Source of the DNA: Octopus sinensis
Taxonomy: Eukaryota
Direction: 5' to 3'
Length of the DNA: 64,000 bases
Assembly (NCBI RefSeq): GCF_006345805.1
Contig: NC_042998.1
Coordinates: 123,070,001 to 123,134,000, forward strand
Part shown: positions 52,300-64,000 of the stretch, in pieces
How positions within the stretch are numbered: position 1 is the stretch's first letter
Layout: each line of letters begins with the position of its first letter
Translations under genes and position numbers: made by a program
The notes under the pieces: generated by a model
What the model was told of the DNA's origin: nothing
What the model saw: only the letters and a program-made list of their open reading frames with translations
Database searches by the model: none

Positions 52300-52850
52300 T
52301 TTAGCTCACTAGTGGTCTAAATGCTTAGGTACGCTAGGTAACTGCTGTAACGGATTACTAGATTATAGTAATCCAAGGTTACAGCCGAGACGGTAGTTTT
52401 GGAGCCATTGCAGATTTCCATGTGGCATGAAATCCTGATATTGTAGACATCCTCGAGAGAAAAATGTCTACTATATCAAGATTTTAACCCACATGGGTCT
52501 ACTACGCAGGATGCCACCTAAGGACTTACGTTCATGGATCTACACAGGATTGCACCTAAGGTGTTATCTACTTGTTTCTATAACATTGGAATGTTGAACT
52601 ATGAACTTTTATGCTTCTAATTTTCTTCTTTCTTTCCATCTCCTAATTCTTTTACTACATTCCTCTATGTCCTCAACTCATTAATATGCGCCATTCTCAT
52701 TTTCACTATTTTCCCCTATTTGTCTCTGATGACGGAATATCTCATACTCGGAGATATCCCAGAGACACCTGTGAGATTGAATGTTTTCGAATAATAATAT
52801 TGTATACGACTTGAAATGTTTGCCTTGCCTTAATGTTTGGTGTCCTCTTT
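52300..52850 (+). mobile_element. Probable PLE pseudo-LTR with hairpins and decayed hammerhead (52723-52776)
   Basis: tct CTGATGA c ggaatatctc/gagatatcc ca GAGAC acct GTG aga; several local hairpins upstream. Confidence 0.5.
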
Positions 52851-52905
52851 AGCAATTATATATATGTACACATATGTATACATATACATATATATATATA
52901 TATAT

Positions 52906-53612
52906 AGGGAAAATATACAGGGTAGGAAACATTATAGACATTTTATTTCTACCAGTGGTCTAGCATGCAGAAAATAGTCAATAGACTATATATTATTCAT
53001 ATAAAATGAGTGTACATTTAAACACATGCCGTGATAAGACACCTAGCATACTAGAAGGACCAGTCAAATCCAAACCACGGTTAGGTGTAATTTCGAAGGG
53101 AATGAAGAATAAAAATCATTTACTATATTTTGTAACTGGACCATAGTTTTGAAATCTAAGTAGCAAATAAAATAATTTACTAGGCGAAGTTCTCATCCGT
53201 GCGTACGCCAAAGATTATCATATAATTATGAGGCAGAATAGTGCATGTCTCATCTTTATATATCATAATTTTTCAAATCCACCATGCAAGCGCGGTTTTT
53301 GTCGGCAGCAGATAAATTGTCGACTAGAAGGACCAGTCAAGTACAAAGCACGGTTAGGGATTTGACTGGTACTTCTAGTATGCTTGGTGTCCTGTCAAGG
53401 TACCTTTTATGTATTTAAATGCACACTAATTTTATACGAATAATATATAATCTATTGCCTATTTTCTGCATGCTAGGCCACTGGAAGAAAAAATTTCTAT
53501 AATTTTTCTTATCTTGTATATTTTACCTAATATGATTTTAGTAATTTTGAAGTAAGTCAACATTTTATTCGCTTCCGACAAAAACCGTGCTTGCGCGGTG
53601 GATTTGCAAAAT
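52906..53612. repeat. Third locus of the ~470-bp family: one unit plus an inverted partial unit
   Basis: 52906-53322 matches 501-1060 and 1454-1905; 53359-53612 is inverted and spans the unit junction; decayed HHR at 53136-53203 (minus). Confidence 0.85.
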
Positions 53613-56600
53613 ACCGCATTAATACAGGGGACGAACTGTTCCATACATTAACCACAAGATCTTGTCGTGGAAATAACGGCTAGAAATAACAAATATTCAT
53701 AGCAATGTTATGAATTCTTGAATCATGAATCTCTGGTCCTAATTCTAAACCGAACCATCCTAACATCTCACAACTCAATACTTCATTTTGGAATAACAAA
53801 ATATGGCTGGTCCGCTTATAGATGTGTAGTGATCATACACTCAAGTATGCTAAAGCAATGTAAGACAGATATAACTGCCTTTCCCGCACAAGTTTCAAAA
53901 TTTCTGGAATGTACGTTCAATCGTTTCATATGGATACAAAATCAGAAATTCTTGCAAAAATGAACGCAAATTGGCGGTCTTACATAGACATACACACTTG
54001 CGTATGCTCCCACGCACACACACATAAACGCTCACTAATATGTATAATTTTCACATAAATAGACAGAACACATACATACATCTAAAGTAAATGTTATTTC
54101 ACTTACAAATGATGCCTCTATCACACCGCCAACTGCAGTCAAAACTTGTATCAGGCGTACCAACTCTGCTGTTTGTTTCTTTGGAATATACAGTCAGCTA
54201 GGAAATATTTGCACTTGTAAGGAATCCACAGCATCCATCTCTATTTATAATTCAATATACGTCATAGTCTTTAATATTTTAAGCATTTTTTCGAGTGGCC
54301 GATCGATATTACTGTTCTACAGTCCTTTCAGCATTACAGTCAAGGACGTAGTGTCATCATTGGAATATGTTTAGGGAACAATAGCGCGTCCAGCTGATCT
54401 AACTGCATATTTCCTTATAAATGTGGTTCACGTCTTCCTTTTCCAAAATTCTTGTATTGCATTTTGTCGATTGCCTTCATACTACAACTAAGCAAACTTT
54501 AATGTCAATCCTCATTACATGAACGATGATGCACTACTGATTAAGCACACTAGCAAGGAATTAGTTATTCAATCAGTGGAATTTTGTCAGGAATAAATTT
54601 TATGTTTACAGGGTATAACCCAATGATACATAACCTCCACACTGATTACTATTAGTTGTGAAGCTCCAGCTTAGTTTCGAGGATTTTCGGGGATGAAAAC
54701 ACATAAGATAACTTTCGTCTCTAACACATGCTCCAATTTAGCTCCTCTCAACTGTATTTTAAGCCGTTCATGCACTTCGTTTCCAAACTCCAGTCTAGTT
54801 TAATAGGGCGAACTTTTATTTCCTTTGCATCCGCTGTATTCTAATCTGTGTAAAAGTCACGGTGTCTACCTTTTCTTTGATCTCTAATTAGACAATAAGA
54901 CTTCAATAACTTTTTCAAATTCAATTTTCTTTCTTGTCCAAGTATTAACAATGAGCGTATGAAATCCTCTAACACCATGTGGTTGTATGGCAGCGATATG
55001 AAAATGCATTTGCATTAGAGCAGTAAAGACGATTTGCTGGAGATCAAAGCATTATGTAAAACCTGTCCGCTGCTTTTCATTCAATGCATCCCTAGAAATG
55101 CTATTTCATATACTTATGGTGACTACATGAGCACCAGCAAGATTTCATGCTGATAGTACTACGCTTCGAACTCGATTACTGAGCCACAATTGTCGATTAC
55201 TGCTTGTTCCTGTCAGAGAATTGTCTCGATATCATGTCATCTCTAGGCATCACACAGGAATGGCAAAGTTATTTTCGAGTGATTTCCGTCAGATCCTGCC
55301 AGTAGTTTCAAACGTTGATAAAATCCATTTCTGTTTGTTGTAAATCGCAATCGTTATCCCTTTGTGTAAAATGTGGTTTCTTCAATCTGTCAACAGACAT
55401 GAAGGTAAAACAATTTCGAACCTTTCTGGCAATAATTGATTACAATTTAAAGTGGAAACAGTTTTTTCACAGTAACAGCGCTATGAGCCCATTTTCTTTA
55501 AGCGACAGGGTTAGGAAAACAGAGATATTCAAATTAAAAATGTTTCTGAACCGGCATTAAAACTAACTAAAACGAGGATAGCTGAACGCAAACAATGTGT
55601 GGTCAACAACGTCAACTTGCACTTGTTGCGGGCATTTTCAAGAAATACTTTAACCTAAAAATATTTGAGACGCTCTTGTGGATCAGGAGGAAAATATCCA
55701 TTACATTGCGGAATTTTAAAATCAATCGTGTATCTCATATCAATTGCAAAAAATTTCAGCTAACAAAAGGACCGGCAATAATACTAATCTACAATTTAGA
55801 TCAGCTGCGGCTATGTGACGACTCAAGACAAATGATTAAGAAACTGATGTCACATTTCATGTAGGTCACCGAACCTACCAATCTCATTGGAAGTACCAAA
55901 CGTGAGAATGTAATTATAACTAGAATTTCAATCAGACCGTGAAATGTACTCTTTTGATATAGAAATTTCATTTCCTAGAACATCTAGACATACTATACCC
56001 ACCCATCAAATTCGAAGCGAAACCGTTGATATTTGCTGGATTCCAACATGAGAAATTCCGCTTTGTTAATAATCTATTTCAGTACGATGCTTAAGAGCTG
56101 GAAACGTACTCCATAATCTTATTTATGCATTTGTTGTTAAAACTCTGTTATACAGTGTCAAGTTTTGACATTATAATGTTCAGAGTTCCGAACAGTATGA
56201 TGGCCTACTAATCTTGTATACATAAGATGGAACTCATTGCAACGGCGAATGTCATTTCTTTATCTTTCCATATATATTGCAATATCATTATTTGGATATG
56301 TAGATTTCTTGTAGCTTCCACAATCTGTAAAATAGTGTATTCCCATTGGTAGTTTCCTTATTAATAATCTGGTTTGTAAGGATATTTCAAATTACTTGTA
56401 TTATTTTCAATAATAATTTCTCATTTCCACAATCTTCTATTTTTACTTAATTTGGTTGAATAAGATATACGTTATTTACACAATCAATTAAATTACCAAG
56501 TATACAATTAACATTCGGCGCGGTCTGTATTATAAGGCGTTAGAAATTGGACAGCTATAAACCTGTTTAAAAACACTCTTATTAAACAGAATATACCTTC

Positions 56601-56703
56601 ATTAAGAACAATTGATAGTTACATTTGAAACTTGGAAAAGCCGAGGATTCAAATTGCATATGCACACACACACACACACACATACACACACAAACACAGA
56701 CAG

Positions 56704-56765
<62 letters not shown>

Positions 56766-59700
56766 TGGTAGGAATCACATCATAGTGCTATCAACAACTG
56801 AAACCTGTTTAACGTATGGCAAGTGACTTCAGAAGAAACGATATTTATTCAAGAACAGATTTATCCGATTAGATACAACAGCCTATAACTTAGAAGTTAA
56901 AAGGAAGTTGGAACTATCATGCATTTTGCAATGCCAATCATAACAAGAGTAGGTATATGAAAGGATTTTCATCTAAAAATTAAAACCACGCTGATACAAG
57001 TTATTCAAGAGCTTACTCATTGAACAACGTTTAATAATGTTACCTTTGTAAAATATTCATTCCAGCATGGACTAACAGTATTGGGGATACTTAGAGTCGT
57101 GCTATAGTTGATGTATCGATTCCTAGAGAGACCTAGAGTTTACACTTTTATCTAAAAGTGATTGAATAATTAGAAATAATGTAAAGAGATTTAGACTAGA
57201 GAAAGTTAACGGAACACATTTTAAAGCAATTAAATCAGCTTTCCTACAGTTTATCTCTCAATCAGAATGTAATTTTTCATTTTGTGATTTAGTGATATTC
57301 ACCGTTTTACCATATTTAGTGTACTTAAAGGCGGATAGGAATTATTTTCAAATATTTAACTGATCACTATCACTGACTATTTCAATCAGTTAACATATTC
57401 CCGTCAGACTTTTAAAGATACTTGGATTACATTATAGTGAAGTGCGGCCTAGAATTTTAGTACATTACGAGTACAAGCAATATCATGGGGTTAATTTTAC
57501 TCAACTTTCTAAGCAACGATACGTTAAATGATATTTAGCACGATATTCTCTTTTCTATATATATTATTGTTACATAATGAGTAACATGCAATTGTAGAAA
57601 GCATCACTTGACCCCCTATCTCGTGCTGTACCTTATGAACTAGTATGCCGCGCGGTCAGCGTTGATGACAGCTAATTATTTATGTAGTATAAACAGAGTA
57701 GGTGAAATTGTTGGAATAACTCACAGAGGCAAGATATTGCATTTAAACTTGAAAACTGTCGATTAACTGTAAAATGTACGGTAGAATTTGCAGTGGTAAT
57801 TTAATATAATTTATATAATATCTTTCACGCAACAACACTATACTGCGAATGCAACTACATATAGTATAATCTGGATTTCGGGATGTCAAATTTGTTTTTG
57901 CAAAAATTATCGATGGATGCAGTGATGATTAATATATGAAGCATAAAGTCACTCGTTGCGACACTGTAGAGCTACGTTTGGTCACTATGTAGAGAAAGAT
58001 ATTTGAAAATATAATGGATCTAATTGTTTGGAAATGTTTCAAGTACTTTGAAAAACCGAAAGTAAGAGCGAGAGGTCAACGGTTTCAAGGTCAGATAATT
58101 TTGTGCAATAGAGATACAAAAATATATAAAACAGATGTCCGTTTCTAATATTTGTGATAGAATCCAGTGATGATAGATGCGTAATAAGTAATTTTAGAAA
58201 GGATAAAAGTTAACCGTAGAGTACAGAGCTTCAATGGAAATTGCTGACACATTTAATCTTGCTTGGCTCACCAAATCATTCGACAGGGTGGCATACAATC
58301 GAAACCGGTTGCATTGTAACATTGCAGGACTGCAGCGCGTTCTTTTCTACATTTCCTCTGCAGACATATTTGAAGGGATTATTTATTACTTGATATTCAC
58401 ATATTTCACAATGACATTAGAAATTTCAGTAAAATTGTCTTCTGTTGTTTCCTTTGGCAGGCACTGTGAAGCATCGTATTTTGTTGATTCTGAACTGATG
58501 TCGAATAGGGCAAAGTTGGCTGTAACGCGATGTGAGTTAAAGTATGTGACGAACTGGACTGCAGAACAACCTTTCGTCTTCTTACTTTATTCATTTTTCA
58601 ACTAAATTGCACTTACATAACTGTATATATTGATTTCCTACGCATTTTCTATTGATATTTTTACATATCCCGCTTTAAATATTGAAAGATAAAAGAAACA
58701 GGCAGAACTGTTTCTGAAGTAAATAAACAACTTTATTGAACCACAGCTGTGAACATATGTGTAGCGAAAGTCACCCTGGGGACATGTTAAGCGGACTGAA
58801 AGATAATCTGAAAAGACTATTTTGTTAAACATAGTAGTACGTTTCTCAGAGATAAAGTAAAATTCTTTCTAAACGTTCCCTGTCTATTTACTGTATAAAG
58901 AGATAATACGATAGATGGTGGAATGTGTTGTTTAGTGAATGGAAGATAGGAGACAACTGATGAATGATTCCATCATTGATAGCGAAGATTGAAAAATTAG
59001 GAAGAAAAAGCTGTTGAATCATTTTAGTCTGTCGACAATGATCGTCGATGTGATTTGAAGGCAAAATAATCACATTGTTTGTTGCTTTTGACTAATGTTT
59101 ACATCCTATTTTTTTTATTCAATGTTTTAGAGAAAGAAAAGAAAAATTCTATGCAAGTGGAATCATTGCCAAAACAGATCAGAGATATTTACATGAATAT
59201 TGTCTCCATCTATTTTAGCAGACTGTAAGTTCTAATAGAGTTGGCATACTAAAATGCATACTAGCATTTAGATCGAAACCTTACACACAAAAAACACACG
59301 CACACGCGCGTGTGATACCTTTTAGTTAAAATATAACGTACCAGTCTTGTACAGTGGACTAGCGAATAATGGAATACGTGCAGTCAAATCTCGTTCATAC
59401 CTACTTGGCTGGCAGAATTAGTCCGTCACCCGGTTTAACTTAGTTCCCTTCGGTAAGCATCGGGCTGTGTTTCAAGATGTAAAAGAACTTGTAAAAGGCC
59501 ATTGATATAACCTTTTCTCATAATTCTCTTAAATACTCTCTTTTAAGCCACAGGCGGAGAAAATTCCCTTCGTTGATGAAACACTAGTACATGGTAAAAA
59601 CACAAGTACATGGAGAAACACTAATACATGGAACAAAACTGATTAATTTCATGATGTAGTTATGGGCAAACATAATATAGGTATTTAGGATAGACATATA

Positions 59701-59899
59701 TATTTGGCAGAACCAGTTTCACTATATTATAGCCATAATCTCAAAGATAAGAATTGATGCGCTTATTGCCGTTGGCATTTTAAAGACAGCAATAACTTGT
59801 GATGGTCTTCGAATTTGGATTAAAAACTTTTCCAGAAAATCACAAGGCCATTTTCATCTTGTACGTCTTCGTTGATATTGTACAATAATTCAATAGCAT

Positions 59900-60135
59900 A
59901 CGAAATCGACCCCTAAGTGAAATATCATGAAACAGCATAAGAGTCAGTAAAGTAGCTTCTACATGGTTGTTCGACTGGCGGCTAGAAATATAAAGGAAAA
60001 ATCTCTTGCATTACACTTTACTATCTTTAAAAGAACTGCAGTTTAGATAATATTATCTGAAATAATATAAGATGGTCTCAGACAGAAGACATATGATCAT
60101 AGATCAATGCACGATCAGGATATACAACAACAATA
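59900..60135 (+). mobile_element. Degenerate SINE-like fragment
   Basis: gctagaaata...aaatctc...ttacactttactatctttaaaa...gatcatag...gatcagg..acaacaac resembles a common cephalopod SINE body; recognised by eye. Confidence 0.35.
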
Positions 60136-63100
60136 ATAAAAAGAAATGTGCGCAGGAGTAAACGTTCTAACGTCTAATTTTACATGGGTAAACCTCATAA
60201 ATAACACGCAAATCTTATTATCAATTCAAGGGTCATGCTTATAATCTTAAACATACGCTCCTATTTGCATAGAAAGCAGTTCATGAAAGGGGATATTCAA
60301 GATAGATATTCAAAACGTAGAGTTTGAATCTGCTAGACTGAAGTATGGTCTAATTTCTTCATTGTAATGTGGAAGGCATACTGTAAAACCTCGAGCTTAT
60401 AGGTGGTGTGAAATGGAATATGAGATCATGATGATAACTAAATCGATGACCGGCGATGTTAATGGCGGAGATGTGGAGGGGAAAGAGAAGGAGGAAGAAG
60501 AAGAAGAAGGAGAAGAGGATGAAGAAGTATAAGAAGAAGTGGCTGTTTATGACATTGCTGTTACTGATGAGTTCTTTTATATTTGCTATGTTTTATATTC
60601 TAGAATATGATGTTTTCAGGTAGACTGAAATACAGACTGAAAATACAACAAAGTGATTAAAATGCTTAAATTATTGATCTTTGTATTGCAGATATAATTT
60701 GGTGCATGTTTACGATTTTTCTAACCTCAAGCTATAGACATATATGTGCAATTAGCTTCATAAAGCAGATTGTTAAAATTCTAAAGAATATAAACTGTAA
60801 TAACCGAATCAAAAGTCAGACGAAGTTCCGACAGTGTAAAATATTGCTCTAGAACATCATCGCGAGATCTTTTCTTTTATATTGAATCTGAAAAAAAAAA
60901 TTCATATGCTATTGAATGGAGTAGACCGCGGCATACATCAACGAATACAATCATTTCTAGCGTCTTGCGGAAAAATTCTTGGATCAAATCCACTCCAATG
61001 AAATATTTTGTGTCAATTTAATATACTGCTTTTATACGATGTAAACAAACTTATTAGTAAAGAAATAAATTAAAAAAACACTTCACGAATTAACGAAAAC
61101 TTGAATGGAAAACCAATGTGTAACTTAAATTTGATATATAGTATGAAGTTGGAATTTTCGGTCATCCCTAATCGAATCTAAAGTTTACAAGATTTTATCA
61201 GTGCTTTTTTTAAAGATATATATATTTAACTGTGTTAAAAAGCTATGTTCTGACCGAAATAACTTAAAACCTAAATGTGAGTAATTCGCAATATAGATAA
61301 CCGTTATTCTGACGATGTGATAGAACAATACAAGAATCGAATGATAAATGAGTGTATAATGTTTATTTTAACAAAGTGATTGCCACGGATGCATTTCAGA
61401 TCGCACATCTGTTATTTAGATTAGGAAAACTCAAATTGGAATTACTTTATTAGAAATAGAAAACGGGTATCCGAGTATACATTCATTATATATTTTGAAA
61501 TTAATGTCAATCCATAATGAGCTTTATATTACAAAGTAAGGCGTGTCTTTCTGAATACTTGTGAAATTTATAGCAATTTTGTTAATTGAAATTTATCTCA
61601 AGCTTACAATGTATAAGACTGCGAAGAAATTACTGAAGACAGGATCCCTACTATTAGCAGTAAGCAATGAATAATGTCTTCGAACTCTAGTATGGAAATG
61701 AATAACATAATCTTCAAGTTTGCTAGTAAATCTTTGCAGTCACTTAATGGCATACGCTACTGATAAGAAGCTTTAAGTTGCAATGCAATAAATTACGTTG
61801 TTACACCCCAAATGCATACCATCTACCTCTACTGTTATAAAGAGTGTATTCTGGTAGAATATTTAATGCAAATATGATTAACAATTAAAGGCAGTGGCTT
61901 TCTGCTTTGCTCTAAAGAAATCAATATACGTTTGTTGCTGAAGTATTGAGTTTCGCTCAACTATAAAATTAGACTTATTGCTTGCCAACCCTTGTCAGGC
62001 AGTCGGAATAAAATTGGATTTCACCCAGACCGTAGATGGTTGAGAAAACAGTGTTATTGTGCTGCAACATTAACTCTGATTCTTTATAGTTTTAAAATCC
62101 TTATTTTGGAATTTATGATCTGTTTATGAACACAGGTCAGAATGAGCAACAATCTGACTCCTAGAAACTTTTGTTTTGCTATTTTCGGTATAAATACATG
62201 TAATATCCGTCTCTTTATCTTAACTATTCTGATCTTCGATTGTATCATGCTTCCGTTATTTCTTTTTTTCATGTTGCAGCCTGTAATTCCAATAGTAATT
62301 GATTTACCATTCCTCATCTTTAGAAGAAAAGAATTAAACGAAATAAGAAATAAAGATTCCTATTATATGCCGCCAATGGCTTACGACATATAATCATAAA
62401 AAAGCGTAACGCTTTGATGGATAAAATAAAATAATCCTACACAGCTGTGAAAAATTAAAGGTTAGAATTGGCCAGAGAGCCTGATGATGGCATAACTATT
62501 TCACATGATTTTATTTCTATAATGATTATCACAGGAGGGAAAAATACGCCATTTAATCAGACAGAATATTTAAAAGGTTGAATGTTTGTTCACTGGAATA
62601 ATCTTGGGTCACTAGTTTTGACGATTATACAGAATAGCGAATGATGTATGTACACGTGTATCTGTGTGTTGATATATATCTACACCCATGTTGGTATGAG
62701 GATGTACGCTTGTATCACTGTCTAACTATAGTATGTACAGGTGTGCATGATTATTAATAGGAGCTAAATCGATTGATCAATGCTCGGAATATTAACTATT
62801 AAATAAAAGTTTTAGCCATCATAATGTTGTATAATACACTATATGGGTGCAAATATAAACAAATATCTCAGATTTCTCCGCGTGATAAGAAAACACAGAA
62901 TTGGCCTTACCGAGTTCAAATCAGATGGAATTGCTTCAAATACATGTACCTACTTCATGTGACTCTGGACAGAGATATAACTTATAGCTTTGAATAGTTA
63001 ATATTTATTTGAACGTCTTGAAACTGGTTAGTTCGATTTTTACATCATGGTACTTTCGTTGGTAACGTATGCAATTCATTAATTATGCACTAAAAATCCT

Positions 63101-63477
63101 TTGAGGATAATTAGAAAGGTTAACTATACATTTTAATATAGATTACCTTGACGTGATGTGCAATCAAATGTAACAGATAATGAAATATTCAACCTTAACA
63201 ATTCTTACACAACATTTCCTAGCCATAGAATATTTGTTCCCTCCTAATTTACCTCTGACTTGGTTATGCGATAGTAATATACCAGATATGAATTAATCGT
63301 AGCAAAGTATAAAAAGAAAACAACATTTATGTGAAATTACTATCTGAAGTCACAGACCACCTTGAGAAATGTTAACTTCAATTATCCAGTTCTCTTAACC
63401 TTTGCTTTCAGCTAATATTGATTGTCAGTATTGTCAATGTAGCAGAAGTATCTGCAACTCTATAACGCCTTTTAGGT

Positions 63478-63593
63478 GTTTCAAAACAGAAAAAGGAAAA
63501 CGGAAATTAATTTATGCTGGTTTCTTCTTTTACAAAGATAAAATTAATAATAGTAAGACATTATTGTGCCGGTATGAACGTTCTCAGTATTGA
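63478..63593 (+). mobile_element. Possible FLYWCH/MULE-type transposase N-terminal relic
   Basis: FKTEKGKRKLIYAGFFFYKDK...LLC resembles a FLYWCH start but terminates early. Confidence 0.3.
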
Positions 63594-64000
63594 ATTTGTG
63601 AAATTAGAAATTACAGTTGTTTTATATTTCAGATTAGCATTAAAGTTGTTTTAAATTGAAGTCTAATTTAATAATTTATCCAACTTTATTTTGTCGCTAT
63701 GAATTGTTGGGAATTTATTGTATATAATTCTGAAGTGTTTGTCTGTGGATTACTGGAGATGAGTGGCGATGAGGAACAAGCGGGGTAAATAAAACTACAC
63801 GCGGGGAAATGTAACTAAAAACTCTTTACTAGTTTCAAATGAATCTTCTCAAAAATTCCGTACCAAACTTATCTGTACACACCAGGAAATATAAATTATA
63901 GTTATTTCTATTCACTGTATATTGCGATATAGCTAAACCTGCTTGTATGACTTGCATTGCAGTGGTTTAGTTGGCAGCAAAGTTAATTAATTAATTTATA

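Noticed and set aside
61630-61700. CTGAAGA...tgtcttcGAAC hammerhead-like string
   Set aside because: Needs a core deletion to align, GAAA is incomplete and stem I is poor.

Overview
AT-rich, microsatellite-dense eukaryotic DNA, most likely from an octopus. That assignment is an inference from recognisable cephalopod tRNA-derived SINE families and the (TA)/(CA)/(AAT)/(CATA) repeat profile. No host protein-coding gene can be called with confidence, and most short ORFs in the track are translated microsatellites. The window is mainly mobile-element debris: R4/Dong-type RLE LINEs, RTE, CR1-like and L1/Tx1-like LINE fragments, Penelope-like elements (PLEs), mariner, Tc1 and maT DNA transposons, a MITE and SINEs. 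The strongest signal is a rich set of type I hammerhead ribozyme (HHR) motifs from several repeat families. Three co-oriented minus-strand HHRs lie in the first 1.8 kb, two of them with intact catalytic residues and suitable stems. Tandem ~470-bp and ~430-bp HHR-bearing units resemble retrozymes or PLE pseudo-LTRs, and one family carries a fixed A6U core variant. Other highlights are a five-fold ATTGG-N12-TGACGTC promoter array upstream of a TATA box, a Dong 5' junction assembled from nearby DNA, and a twin-priming-like inverted PLE. All alignments and folds were done by eye, so element boundaries are approximate.
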